A DNA stretch of 64,000 nt from the NCBI GenBank assembly GCA_050013755.1, contig JBEKER010000003.1, positions 14,404 through 78,403 of the forward strand, in the 5' to 3' direction. This DNA is from Halobacteriota archaeon (GTDB taxonomy: Archaea > Halobacteriota > Bog-38 > Methanoflorentales > Methanoflorentaceae). Numbering within the stretch: the stretch's first letter is position 1; the number at the start of each line of letters is the position of its first letter. Shown here in pieces: positions 48,929 to 58,780 of this stretch. The position numbers and the translations under genes are program-made. The notes beneath the pieces were generated by a model that saw only the letters and a list, made by a program, of their open reading frames with translations, ran no database searches and had not been told where the DNA came from.

Positions 48929-50167
48929 ATGCGGCGCACGAAATTGGTCTCTAACTCTCTATTGCTTGCTGCTGTCGCTCTGATTCTGTGTGCTGCTTTG
49001 GCAGTCCCCGCGAGCGCGGCAACCCTGACTGTCGGTGCCGGAGGGCAGTTCAAAACCATTCAACAAGCAGTGGATGCTGCGAAACCAGGCGACACGGTGC
49101 TCGTCGCGGCCGGCACCTACACGGAAAACGTTGTGGTGCACAAATCGCTAACGATCGCCGCTGCCGATCGAAGCGCACCGCCCACCGTCAAAGCAGCCGA
49201 CTCGGGTAAAGACGTCTTCTTGTTGACGAGTTCAGGCGTCCATATTGACGGCTTGGCGCTTGTCGGTGGCGCCTCGGGCGTGGAGATTCAACACACGTCA
49301 AATTGTGTAGTCACGAGCTGCACCGTGAGCGGCAACGTGTTTGGAGTGTACTTGGTTGGCGCTACGGCTAATGAGGTGAGCGCTAATAACTTGAATAGCA
49401 ACGGTTTTGGCATCTACTCAGACGAGTCATCGGGGAATAAGCTGTCGGGCAATAGCGCCGTGTACGAGACAGGCGGCGGCGGGAACGCGACGTATAGCGA
49501 TGGGATATACCTGTACTATAGTGATTCTAACAACGTCACACAGAATAATCTCAACGCTAATCACGTCTACGGAATTTCCCTATTCCATTCATCTGGCAAC
49601 GATATCTCAAATAACACCATGATCGCGGACGAGCAGATTGGCGTCCGCCTCGGTGACGCATCCAATAATAACACGCTTAGCTTCAACACGATCGGCGGCA
49701 ATAGCCAGCTCGGGATTTTAATCCTCAATGCACAGGGCAATCAGATCTATCTTAACAACTTCGTGAATCAAACGGTCGCGACAAGTGATGCATCGGCCGC
49801 GATTCTGAACTCGCCGGAAAAGCTAGCCTATACGTACGGCGGCATCAACCGAACGGGATATATGAGTAATTACTACTCGGATTACAAAGGCAACGACTCC
49901 AACGGCACCGGAATCGGAAGCACGCCCTCATCATATGGCGATAATTACCCGCTCATGCGGCCAATTGCGAGCTACGGAACCATTATTCCTGCAAGTGCCG
50001 TTACTCCCACGCCTTCCCCATCGTTGTCGAGTGGCCTGAACGAGAGTACGACAGCGACCTTCAATCAAAGCAACAATGGAACAGGACTTCCAGGATTTGA
50101 AACACCGTATGCCGTGGCCGGGCTTCTCATAGCTGCACTTGTGGTCCTCCTCAAACACCGCAGATAG
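48929..50167 (+). CDS. NosD/CASH right-handed beta-helix surface protein with PGF-CTERM sorting signal
   Basis: Signal peptide, TIQQAVDAAKPGDTVLVAAGTYTENV, repeated GI.L..S..N units, YMSNYYSDY.G.D.NG.GIG, C-terminal LPGF + TM + KHRR. Confidence 0.9.
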   Translation: MRRTKLVSNSLLLAAVALILCAALAVPASAATLTVGAGGQFKTIQQAVDAAKPGDTVLVAAGTYTENVVVHKSLTIAAADRSAPPTVKAADSGKDVFLLTSSGVHIDGLALVGGASGVEIQHTSNCVVTSCTVSGNVFGVYLVGATANEVSANNLNSNGFGIYSDESSGNKLSGNSAVYETGGGGNATYSDGIYLYYSDSNNVTQNNLNANHVYGISLFHSSGNDISNNTMIADEQIGVRLGDASNNNTLSFNTIGGNSQLGILILNAQGNQIYLNNFVNQTVATSDASAAILNSPEKLAYTYGGINRTGYMSNYYSDYKGNDSNGTGIGSTPSSYGDNYPLMRPIASYGTIIPASAVTPTPSPSLSSGLNESTTATFNQSNNGTGLPGFETPYAVAGLLIAALVVLLKHRR

Positions 50168-50496
50168 CGTGCACGTAATTCGGCAACCTTTTCTAACGGC
50201 ACGCTTTTTAGGTGCGCGTTACCAAACCGGAGATAGTAAGTGCTTCGCTCGAGTCGGCCCAAAGGCTCTAAGGATCTAACGCGCATCATGGACGTGACTA
50301 AATACTAACTTGAAACATCTGCTAACATTTACAACTGACTCAACAAACAAACCTTTAGTGAGCTTTTTCTACCGATGTAGTGGCAAATCGAGCAAGAAAA
50401 GCGCGATCCCTGCTGCTGGTAACGAGCGTTAAAGCGGGCAAGAGGTTTCGAGCGCATAACCAAAAGCCTGCAATCGAAACACTTTTCTGGCTAGAA

Positions 50497-50524
50497 GTAA
50501 TACTGTTTGAAAAAGAAGTATTAC
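50497..50524. promoter_or_regulatory. Candidate NikR operator (perfect 28-bp dyad)
   Basis: GTAATAC-N14-GTATTAC ending 19 nt upstream of the nikR ATG; 28-bp dyad geometry matches known NikR operators. Confidence 0.75.
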
Positions 50525-50543
50525 AAATTATGCGGTGAATTTG

Positions 50544-50969
50544 ATGGATAAGCAATTAGTGCGAACGTGTGTGTCCTTGCCTAGCGATCTCTTGGATCGG
50601 TTCGACGAGATCATCTCAGAGCGGGGGTACTCATCGCGCTCTGAGGCTATACGAGATGCCATACGGAATTATATCGTGAATTATAAGTGGATGACTGAGG
50701 TCGAGGGAGAACGCATAGGGATCATCTCGCTTGTTTATGAGCACGACCAGCGAGGGCTGACCGACGACCTGACCGAGATACAGCACGTCCATATGGGTCT
50801 GATTACGAGTTCTGTGCACATCCATCTCGACCACGATAATTGCTTGGAGATTATCATGTTGCACGGTGAGGGCAAGAGCATCAAAGAGGTCGCCGAGATG
50901 GTGATGGCCCTTAAGGGCGTCAAATACGTGAAGCTTAACACGATATCACCTGGTAAAGACTTCAGTTAA
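50544..50969 (+). CDS. nikR: Nickel-responsive regulator
   Basis: RTCVSLP..LL..FD.II...GY.SRSEAIRDAIR (ribbon-helix-helix), YEH, QH.H, HIHLDHDNCLE. Confidence 0.95.
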   Translation: MDKQLVRTCVSLPSDLLDRFDEIISERGYSSRSEAIRDAIRNYIVNYKWMTEVEGERIGIISLVYEHDQRGLTDDLTEIQHVHMGLITSSVHIHLDHDNCLEIIMLHGEGKSIKEVAEMVMALKGVKYVKLNTISPGKDFS

Positions 50970-50973
50970 CCCC

Positions 50974-51915
50974 ATGCTGCCTGAGTGGATGAACGAGGTC
51001 GAAATAGGCCCGTGTCCGTGTTGCGCCGTCAATGTCGGCAAGAAAAAGAGCTTTGTCGAGAAGTCGATCTCTGGCGTGCTCAACTTCTTCCAGGAGAGTC
51101 TTATCTCCGAGGACTTTGCAAAACGTGATGGTCTGTTGCAAAGCCTTGATCCCCGAGTGAAGTTGATCTCTGCTATCGTGCTCGTTGTGGCCGTAAGCTT
51201 GACGAGGGACGTCCGGGTGCTGTTCGCCTCCTATCTGTTGATCCTCCTATTCGCTTACCTCAGTAAGATAGAAATATCATTCTTTATCAAGCGCGTATGG
51301 ATATTCGTTCCTATTTTTGCGGGCATCATCGTCCTGCCGATTCTCTTTAATGTTTTTATGGCAGGCGATAGTTTGGTCACTGTCGCGACTCTCGGTAGCG
51401 GGACACATCTCGGACCGATCCTGCTCCCCAGCACGATCTACATCACTCGGCAGGGCACGATGTTCGCTATCACGTTCATCCTGCGAGTCGCTACGTGCGT
51501 GTCTATCGCCGTGCTCCTGTTTCTCACAACTCAGCGTGACGTGCTCTTCAAATCGCTTCGATCGCTTCGTGTCCCGAAAGTGTACGTCCTGACACTTGAC
51601 ATGTGCTACAGGTACATTTTTTTGCTCATGGATACGGTAAGGGACTTTTTTACGGCTAAGAAGAGCAGGACGATTAGGAGTCTGTCTGTACGGGACGAGC
51701 AGAGGTGGGTCGCAGGCCGTGTTGGCTATATGCTCGTGAAATCGTTGGACATGAGTAACAAGGTTCACGACGCTATGATCTCCCGGGGCTTTAATGGTGA
51801 CGTGAAACTCTTGCACGATTATGCCGTGCGCAAGAGGGACTACGCCGCGATCGCAACCGTGCTAATGTTCAGCTCGATGTTAGCGCTGATCTCTCAAAAT
51901 ATCATCAGGATCTGA
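50974..51915 (+). CDS. cbiQ: Ni/Co ECF transporter T component (CbiQ/NikQ)
   Basis: GLLQSLDPRVKL, LRV...VS, YRYIFLL, KSR, LVKSLDMS.KVH.AM.SRGF.G. Confidence 0.9.
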   Translation: MLPEWMNEVEIGPCPCCAVNVGKKKSFVEKSISGVLNFFQESLISEDFAKRDGLLQSLDPRVKLISAIVLVVAVSLTRDVRVLFASYLLILLFAYLSKIEISFFIKRVWIFVPIFAGIIVLPILFNVFMAGDSLVTVATLGSGTHLGPILLPSTIYITRQGTMFAITFILRVATCVSIAVLLFLTTQRDVLFKSLRSLRVPKVYVLTLDMCYRYIFLLMDTVRDFFTAKKSRTIRSLSVRDEQRWVAGRVGYMLVKSLDMSNKVHDAMISRGFNGDVKLLHDYAVRKRDYAAIATVLMFSSMLALISQNIIRI

Positions 51916-51937
51916 CGTTCTCAAAAAAGGCCAAGCT

Positions 51938-52762
51938 ATGGAGACAATCTTCGATTTACACGACGTTTCTTACACATACTTGGAAAAGTTCGAGGCGTTG
52001 AAGAGCGTGAACTTAACGATGACAGCAGGAGAGCAGATTTCGATCATGGGGGCCAACGGCAGCGGAAAATCCACCCTCCTCTCCATACTGAATGCTCTGG
52101 TATACCCGACGTCGGGTGAGTTTTATGCGTTCGGTAAACCGGTGACTGAAGAGGCGTTCAACTCGCTCGAGGATAACGAGTTCGGCCGCTATTTCCGAAA
52201 AAAGGTAGGCATCGTATTCCAGAACCCGGATATCCAGCTGTTCTCCTCCACAGTCTTCGACGAGATCGCCTTTGGCCCACTACAGCTCGGCCTGCCTAAA
52301 GATGAGGTCAAGAAGCGCACTGAGGACGTCTTTTCGCTGATGGGAATCTTCAGTTTAAGGGACCGAGCGCCACATACGCTGAGCGGCGGTGAGAAAAAGA
52401 AGGTATGCATCGCTTCGATACTCTCGATTAACCCCGACGTGCTATTGTTGGATGAGCCGACCGGAGGTTTAGACCCGCGCAGCCAACTCTGGCTTATTGA
52501 GCTTCTGCAGGATTTGGCCAAAGCGGGGAAAACGATCATCACGGCTACCCACGATCTAGATATCGTGGAACAGATAAGCACGAGGGCCATTGTCTTCGGT
52601 GAGGATCACACTATCAAAGCGGACTCCAACTGTGATAAGGTGATGAACAATCTTGAACTACTGACGTCCGCAAACCTGATTCACAAGCATATGCACCGGC
52701 ACGGCAAGCTTATGCACGAGCATCTGCATTCGCACGACGGAGAGAATCATCACGAGCATTAA
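51938..52762 (+). CDS. cbiO: Ni/Co ECF transporter ATPase (CbiO/NikO) with His-rich tail
   Basis: GANGSGKST, VFQNPD.QLF, LSGGEKKKV, LLLDEPT, THD; tail HKHMHRHGKLMHEHLHSHDGENHHEH. Confidence 0.92.
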   Translation: METIFDLHDVSYTYLEKFEALKSVNLTMTAGEQISIMGANGSGKSTLLSILNALVYPTSGEFYAFGKPVTEEAFNSLEDNEFGRYFRKKVGIVFQNPDIQLFSSTVFDEIAFGPLQLGLPKDEVKKRTEDVFSLMGIFSLRDRAPHTLSGGEKKKVCIASILSINPDVLLLDEPTGGLDPRSQLWLIELLQDLAKAGKTIITATHDLDIVEQISTRAIVFGEDHTIKADSNCDKVMNNLELLTSANLIHKHMHRHGKLMHEHLHSHDGENHHEH

Positions 52763-52896
52763 GTCCCAAGCTGCATTTTTTAAAAAGAAGGTTTTAGTAT
52801 CAGCAATGATGCGCGGCACGTTATAAATGTGGCCGTATTCACGCTTTTTTATTCGCTAACAGATAAAAAAAGAGGAAAAAACGAACAGACTCGCGG

Positions 52897-53238
52897 CTAT
52901 TCTTCATTCTTGGGGGCATTTCTTGTCAAAGCTCTTCCAATTAGGATGAAAACTCCTCCGCAGAGCACCGCCCCGATGATTGCCGATGCATAGTATCCGA
53001 GGCTTTGGCCAAGGAACGTATCTGATAAGGCTGGCAAGCCGTAATCTGGTAAGGGGGCGTGCCACAAACCGGACAGACTGGCAACACCTGCGGGAACAAA
53101 TCCTACCAGTCCTTGCAGCTTATCGGCGCTCCACTCACCGTATGCAGTGCCACTTGCAAGCAAGCCGATGGGCACCAGTACGATTAGTACTACGAATACT
53201 ATCAGCAAGTTTCTTAGCAGTCTATCCAAGAATGTCAC
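52897..53238 (-). CDS. PDGLE-domain/NikN-type ECF accessory membrane protein
   Basis: LVPIGLLASGTAYGEW, APLPDY, GY..SAIIG. Confidence 0.8.
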   Translation of the reverse strand: MTFLDRLLRNLLIVFVVLIVLVPIGLLASGTAYGEWSADKLQGLVGFVPAGVASLSGLWHAPLPDYGLPALSDTFLGQSLGYYASAIIGAVLCGGVFILIGRALTRNAPKNEE

Positions 53239-53244
53239 CTCGTG

Positions 53245-53967
53245 TCACGCTGGTGACGTGGTTCTGACGCCTCCTTTTTTCTCTCCAGCCCTCTTGTAGT
53301 TGAATATAATCGTTGGATCAGTCCGTGCTATGTACCCGAAGGCCAATGCCGTAATGATCGCTTCTAGAATGCTGAAGAAAAAAGCGTGGCTAAAGAGCAT
53401 CGCCGGTACAGTTATACCGAGCCCGTATGGCATGTAAAGGGGCACGCCATCGGCAGTGTGCTCGAGTATGGGTTGGATACCCATCTCAAAACCAGCGAAG
53501 CCAGCAGCGACCGTCAAACCGAGCCATCCGCCGATCCCCGCACCCAGCACTCGTCGCCTTGAGGTAATTTCTGTTTTTCCGCTGATCAACTTGTAACTAT
53601 AGAACGCAACGAAGGGTATGACGACGGCCATGTTGAAACAGTTCGCTCCAAAAGCCGTGATCCCCCCATCGCCGAAAAGTAAGCATTGTATGAGGAGCGC
53701 CACTGATGTCGTCACGACCGCAACCCAGGGGCCTAATATGATTGCTACCAACGCGCTGCCTACCGCGTGGCCGGCGCTCCCCCCTGGTATAGGCACGTTG
53801 AACATCATGATGACAAACGAGAAAGCAGCTGCTAGCGCCAGATATGGCACTTGTTTGGACTTGAGGTTTTTACGCAGCCACGTTCCGGCATAAAGCCAGA
53901 TTGGGATCATAATGACATACATTGCCACGTAGGTTAACGGTCCTAAGTACCCGTCCGGTATGTGCAT
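53245..53967 (-). CDS. cbiM: Ni/Co ECF transporter S component (CbiM/NikM, MHIPDG type)
   Basis: N-terminal MHIPDGYL, AFSFVIMMFNVPIPGG..GHAVG, QCLLFGDGGIT..GAN.FNMA. Confidence 0.93.
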   Translation of the reverse strand: MHIPDGYLGPLTYVAMYVIMIPIWLYAGTWLRKNLKSKQVPYLALAAAFSFVIMMFNVPIPGGSAGHAVGSALVAIILGPWVAVVTTSVALLIQCLLFGDGGITAFGANCFNMAVVIPFVAFYSYKLISGKTEITSRRRVLGAGIGGWLGLTVAAGFAGFEMGIQPILEHTADGVPLYMPYGLGITVPAMLFSHAFFFSILEAIITALAFGYIARTDPTIIFNYKRAGEKKGGVRTTSPA

Positions 53968-54265
53968 GTTATTATCAGACTGAAATAACCGCGAGTAGTT
54001 ATAAAAAACTATCGATTAGTAACACTAAAAACATACATTTGTCAAAAAAGTAATAACTCTGTGCTCCAAGAGAACTTGCCACCGGCTCACTAATCGAGAA
54101 ACACGTGGGCCATATTAGCCGTTAGCGATGAATTTAAATGCCGTAACGGGTACTAAAACCGTGGGCCAACTTCACAAAAGTAGGGCAGGCGTATTTCGAG
54201 ACGAAATGTTGAGACACGCTAAAAGCGGCCACATGTCCAATTTGCAATCAGATGTTACCGCGTTG

Positions 54266-54856
54266 TTAATGCCACTTGTCAACGTCATCGCTTCCATAAT
54301 GAGCCTTCAATGCGTCTTTTACTCCTAATCGAACGAGTTTTGTCACCCTGCCTCCAAAGGCAGTTGCAGGTCCGCTGTATAATATTGGTTCATCTCCGCC
54401 AGTGTTTTCATATGCGACCACTACTGCGTCGCTCGTTGTGCCCGTAAAATGCAATCCCTTATCGAAAAGAGCGTGCGCCTTCGCTTCAGTGGCGGTAATT
54501 ATCGTCCCTGCGATCGCCCCTTCGCTCAGCGTTGTAGAGGATATGACGATTATGTTGATTGTGCCAAAAGACGACGGATTGAACCCCGCAGTTATAAACA
54601 CCGTGACGCACGCATCGTTTAGAATCTGCACGTTTTTCATTTCAACTGCGGTAAGAAGCGCGATGCAGCTTCCCTCGAGCTTCAACGATGTGGCTACTCC
54701 CTCAATATAGCTCTTCGGATCGTCGTGAGAGAAATCGTGGGGAACTTGGATGTTTAGGATGTTTTTTGTTGCTCTTCTGCCGCCATCAACGCCAGTGCTC
54801 AGGGCCTCAAAGCTGCCCTTCAGGACTAAGAACCGATCTACTATCTCATATTCCAC
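54266..54856 (-). CDS. cbiZ: Adenosylcobinamide amidohydrolase-like protein
   Basis: LSTG..GG, LLTAV.M, V.ITAG, GTINIIV, TATEAK, TGTTSDAVVV, YSGPAT; last gene of the btuFCD run. Confidence 0.82.
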   Translation of the reverse strand: MEYEIVDRFLVLKGSFEALSTGVDGGRRATKNILNIQVPHDFSHDDPKSYIEGVATSLKLEGSCIALLTAVEMKNVQILNDACVTVFITAGFNPSSFGTINIIVISSTTLSEGAIAGTIITATEAKAHALFDKGLHFTGTTSDAVVVAYENTGGDEPILYSGPATAFGGRVTKLVRLGVKDALKAHYGSDDVDKWH

Positions 54857-54893
54857 GGTTGTTCACCTTTAAGGGTTAAGCGTCGAAACGCGG

Positions 54894-56216
54894 CTATCCG
54901 ATGTGTGCTTCAACATATGCTAGGAGCGTCGGGAGCTCTGCGAAAACGGGGCTGTTGCTTCGTAAGTCCCCATATATTCGTTGCGCAACACCGTGCGTAA
55001 AATCGCGGCTTTCTATCGGCGTCTCTTCCACTATCACGAGTTTATCTGCTGCAAGTTCAGCTGCTTCGAGGTTCTTTAGGTTCGCCGGCCCGAAGCAGAT
55101 GTTAGGCAGCACGACGATGGATGCTTCCCGTATAAGTTGCAGGTTACGGCTGTGCACCTCGCTCGAAATGGGCGAAAACGGTGCTTCGACGGCGCATTCA
55201 ATGCTAAAGTACTGTGCCACATCGTAATCGGTGTCGAGTGTATTCACCACGCCCGCGGAGACGCTCAAACCCTGTTGGACAAGCGCGTGGATGACCGGTG
55301 CCCCTTTGCCCCCGCCGGGAATGACGTGCACCTTTGCAGAGCTGCGCGCTCCAGGAGTGTGCTGCGGGAGAAGTGTAATCGAAAAAGCGTTCGTAATCGG
55401 GTGTTTTCTCACGAGCGCTGAGACGCCAAACGCTTCTGCGATGTGCTCTTGAGTTAATACCTCCTCAACGGTGCCGTCAGCGAGAATCTCTCCACGTTTT
55501 AACAGCAGCAGTCGATCACAGTACTGAGCGGCGAGATTGAGATCGTGAATCGCGGCGATAACCGCAATGCCAGAAGCCGCAAGGCGCCTCACAAGATCAA
55601 AGATCTCAATCTTGATCCCAATGTCAAGCTGTGATGTCGCCTCGTCAAGAAGGAGGATCTTGGGTTCTTGGGCCAACGCGCGGGCAATGATGACGCGCTG
55701 TTGCTCCCCACCTGAGAGCTCGTTAATCTTGCGATCGGCAAACCGAGCGACATCGGTTATCTCTAAGGCTTTTTGCACCACGTCAAAATCGTACGTCGAT
55801 TCGGTTCCGAGGAAGCTGATGTGGGGGCTTCGGCCCATAAGCACGACCTCCTCGACTGTAAAATCAAAAAAAAACATGTCGGTACTCTGGGGCACGACCG
55901 CCATCTGTTGTGCGAGTCGTTTCGGCTTAATCCGGTAAACATCTACATCATCGAGCGTTATGATGCCGACTTGTGGCTTCAGCACCCCGCTGATTGCTTT
56001 AATGAGCGTCGTCTTTCCTGACCCGTTAGGGCCGACGAGACCGATCACCTCGCCGGGCCTGACCGTCAGTTGTGCGCCATTGAGCGCTTGTGTCTGAAGG
56101 TAGTAGCAGTCAACGCCATCAACCTGCACACGTCCAGGTCCCCCTGTTTCAGAGCCACGTTCTTCACCGAGTTTACGCATTAACCGTTTCCTCGTCCGTT
56201 GTATGTGCGGCAGCAT
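54894..56216 (-). CDS. btuD: Cobalamin/Fe-siderophore ABC transporter ATPase with C-terminal extension
   Basis: GPNGSGKTT, VVPQ, LSGGEQQR, LLLDEAT, HDLNLAAQYCD; extra domain HVIPGGG.G...AGV.N..D.D. Confidence 0.88.
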   Translation of the reverse strand: MLPHIQRTRKRLMRKLGEERGSETGGPGRVQVDGVDCYYLQTQALNGAQLTVRPGEVIGLVGPNGSGKTTLIKAISGVLKPQVGIITLDDVDVYRIKPKRLAQQMAVVPQSTDMFFFDFTVEEVVLMGRSPHISFLGTESTYDFDVVQKALEITDVARFADRKINELSGGEQQRVIIARALAQEPKILLLDEATSQLDIGIKIEIFDLVRRLAASGIAVIAAIHDLNLAAQYCDRLLLLKRGEILADGTVEEVLTQEHIAEAFGVSALVRKHPITNAFSITLLPQHTPGARSSAKVHVIPGGGKGAPVIHALVQQGLSVSAGVVNTLDTDYDVAQYFSIECAVEAPFSPISSEVHSRNLQLIREASIVVLPNICFGPANLKNLEAAELAADKLVIVEETPIESRDFTHGVAQRIYGDLRSNSPVFAELPTLLAYVEAHIG

Positions 56217-57221
56217 TTAAAAGATGTTTTTCCTCCTGCTCCTCACCAGATACAGAAAAAACGGGGCGCCAAGCAACGCAGTGATAATGCCAACGGGCAT
56301 TTCCTCACCAGGTATAGCGGACCGTGCGACAATGTCGGCCCAGATGAGCAAAATACCGCCGAAGAGTGCGGAAGCGGGAATAAGCGCCTTGTGATCCGGA
56401 CCCGTAAACGTCCGCACCACGTGCGGCACAATGAGCCCCACAAACCCGATGATGCCGCAGAAAGCGACAGCTACCCCCACTATAAACGAAACGGTTACCA
56501 AGAGGATCCTCTTGAGGTTCTCCACGGCTACGCCTAAGTGCTGCGCTGATTCTTCCCCAGACAGCATCAGGTTTAAATCGCGCGCGTATGCGTAGAGGAT
56601 GATTGTCCCGACGAGAATCACCGGGAACGTTATTTCCACGTACTGCCAGGTGCTCGCCCACAGCCCCCCCATGAGCCAAAAAACGAGTGCTGTCAGATTT
56701 TGCCCCGCGACGAACATTAGGTATGAGATCAATGCTGAAAAGAAGGTTCCGATCGCGATGCCCGAAAGCAGCAGCAGCGTGACTGAGCTTCTCGGGCCGA
56801 TCATGGACAGCGCATATACCGTAAAAGTAGCGATTACGGCGCCCGCGAATGCCGCGAGTGGGACGAAAATCGCGCTCACGAACCCAAGTGAGATGATAAG
56901 GGCGGCACCAAACCCAGCACCGCTTGACGCCCCCAGCACGTAAGGATCCGCCAACGGGTTTTTAAAAAGGGCCTGCATCGCGACGCCAGCGACGGCGAGA
57001 CCGGACCCCACGAGGAGCGCCATGAAGGTTCGGGGGAGGCGTATCTGAAATATGATGATTGCCTCAGCTTCAGACCACGTGTGGTTTCCGGGGACGACCA
57101 AATTGGCGAGCATTGCCGCTATCTTTTGCGGAGCTATCCACACCGGGCCAACAGCAACGCTCGTAATGACCGTCGCGAGCAGGGCAGCTGCAAGCACGAG
57201 GAGCGTCGTGTTTCGTTTCAT
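56217..57221 (-). CDS. btuC: FecCD/BtuC-family ABC permease
   Basis: IRLPR, Q.LFKNPLADPYVLG.SSGA, A..LGV, G.IGFVGLIVPH, PVGIITALLGAPFF. Confidence 0.9.
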   Translation of the reverse strand: MKRNTTLLVLAAALLATVITSVAVGPVWIAPQKIAAMLANLVVPGNHTWSEAEAIIIFQIRLPRTFMALLVGSGLAVAGVAMQALFKNPLADPYVLGASSGAGFGAALIISLGFVSAIFVPLAAFAGAVIATFTVYALSMIGPRSSVTLLLLSGIAIGTFFSALISYLMFVAGQNLTALVFWLMGGLWASTWQYVEITFPVILVGTIILYAYARDLNLMLSGEESAQHLGVAVENLKRILLVTVSFIVGVAVAFCGIIGFVGLIVPHVVRTFTGPDHKALIPASALFGGILLIWADIVARSAIPGEEMPVGIITALLGAPFFLYLVRSRRKNIF

Positions 57222-57274
57222 GCGAGTGCAATCGCGTCTCTCATGCCGGACTTCGCGCGCGTGTAAGCGCGTAA

Positions 57275-58192
57275 CTACGATGCTTGGCGAATAATTCCTG
57301 CAATCTGCTCTAGTGCATCGAAGGCGCGTGGCCCGGGACGGGATATGATGTCGCTGTCCAAGATGTAAATCTTACCGTTCTTGACGGCATCGACCGTAAC
57401 AAGAGCCGGGTCTGACTTGACCTGTTGAACTGCCGTTGAATTCATCGCACTGTTGGCGATAATCACCGAAGGGTTGAGAGCGACTATCGATTCCTTGCTC
57501 ATCGTCCCATACCCACTTACGTTTGCCAACTGCGCGACGTTTATGCCCCCGGCATGCGCGATGATATCCCCTTCAAAGGTGTTTGCGCCCGCCGACATTA
57601 TTGGGTCGTACCACACAAGATAGAGCACGCGCGGGTGTGAAGCAACAGAAATGCTGTTCGCAGTCATTTTTTGCGTCAAATTCGCAACAAGTGCGCTGCT
57701 ATTTCCCGTACTGCCCGTCACTTTGCCGATCATTGAGAGGTCGTTTAGTATCGCGGTTAAGCTGGTTGGGTTGAGGACGACCGTTGGTATCCCATAACCG
57801 CTAAGCGTCGAGAGCAAGGTATTGTTCTCCAGGGAACTTGCAAAGACGATATCAGGATTGAGGGAAACGATTTTTTCAATGCTCGGCGAGCTGAATCCGC
57901 CTACTTTTGTGATATTGACAGCCGCTGGCGGATAGTTGTCGTAGGTAGTGTCGCCAACCACCTTGCCGCCCAGTCCCAGGGCGAACAAGTCTTCCGTAAT
58001 GGAAGGAGCGAGTGAAATAATGCGATGAGGTGTTTGAGCGACGGTGACGGTTCTTCCGGCATCATCGGTAACCGTGATGCCGCCCGATTGAGTTGTTTGG
58101 TTTGACGACAGCTGCGCGCACCCCGCTCCCAGCGTCGCGAGGAGTATGGCGCAAATCACGACGCACGCTGCTTTTTTTGGTGTTATGTTCAT
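57275..58192 (-). CDS. btuF: Cobalamin-binding ABC substrate-binding lipoprotein
   Basis: Lipobox-like GAGC, TVTDDAGR.VT, RIISLAPS.TE.LFALG, GDT.YDNYP, E.I..LNPD, SRPGPR. Confidence 0.88.
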   Translation of the reverse strand: MNITPKKAACVVICAILLATLGAGCAQLSSNQTTQSGGITVTDDAGRTVTVAQTPHRIISLAPSITEDLFALGLGGKVVGDTTYDNYPPAAVNITKVGGFSSPSIEKIVSLNPDIVFASSLENNTLLSTLSGYGIPTVVLNPTSLTAILNDLSMIGKVTGSTGNSSALVANLTQKMTANSISVASHPRVLYLVWYDPIMSAGANTFEGDIIAHAGGINVAQLANVSGYGTMSKESIVALNPSVIIANSAMNSTAVQQVKSDPALVTVDAVKNGKIYILDSDIISRPGPRAFDALEQIAGIIRQAS

Positions 58193-58780
58193 GCTGCTAC
58201 CCCAAAAACGACAAGAACGAATCCTGAGGCGAATTCGAGTACACGGACGGCCACAGTGTCCCGCTGGGGCCCGAGCCGGTGATAGGCAGACGGAAGCGTC
58301 ACCCCCTCGTGAAATCGGCGCCCATTCATGCGAGCATGCATCGGGAGGAGATGATGGATCCGCGCGTAGCTTGATTTTGACATCAACCGCGTCAACCTCA
58401 CGAAGGGGGGGTACAACCGCCCGCCATACCGTTGTCGAAGCCGCCTCTAGATCCCATCGGTTAAGTGTGCCTTATCCTATATCAATTTATCTTGATAGTT
58501 ATCAGTTTTACTTGATAAACCAAACTTGATAAACCAAGAAGCAAGCGGCCATAAGCAGTGCTGTGCTTCCTCGCGGAGAAGCGCCAACGTTTGTTGTGTA
58601 GTTTGCGTACTCTTCCTTGCGTTCGTGCGACTAATACTTTCATCCTTCTTTTGGACAAAACATACAGTTCTCAATAAAGAGAGAGCACCCATCTCGCGTT
58701 TATCACGGTTGAGGGGACATCGTTCGAAGATACACGCGTCAATAATAACAAGGCAATACGCGCAATGGGGGCTCGAGGCG

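Noticed and set aside
58195-58480. Canonical cobalamin riboswitch, RNase P RNA or SRP RNA
   Set aside because: B12-box motifs, the RNase P GAGGAAAGUCC motif and the SRP helix-8 motif were not found on either strand. Kept only as an atypical structured-leader hypothesis.
58526-58780. ORF-track N-terminal extension of polA (MINQEASGH...)
   Set aside because: Low-complexity, non-homologous-looking sequence overlapping an AT-rich promoter region; the exonuclease-like fold begins near YEYV (about 58846).
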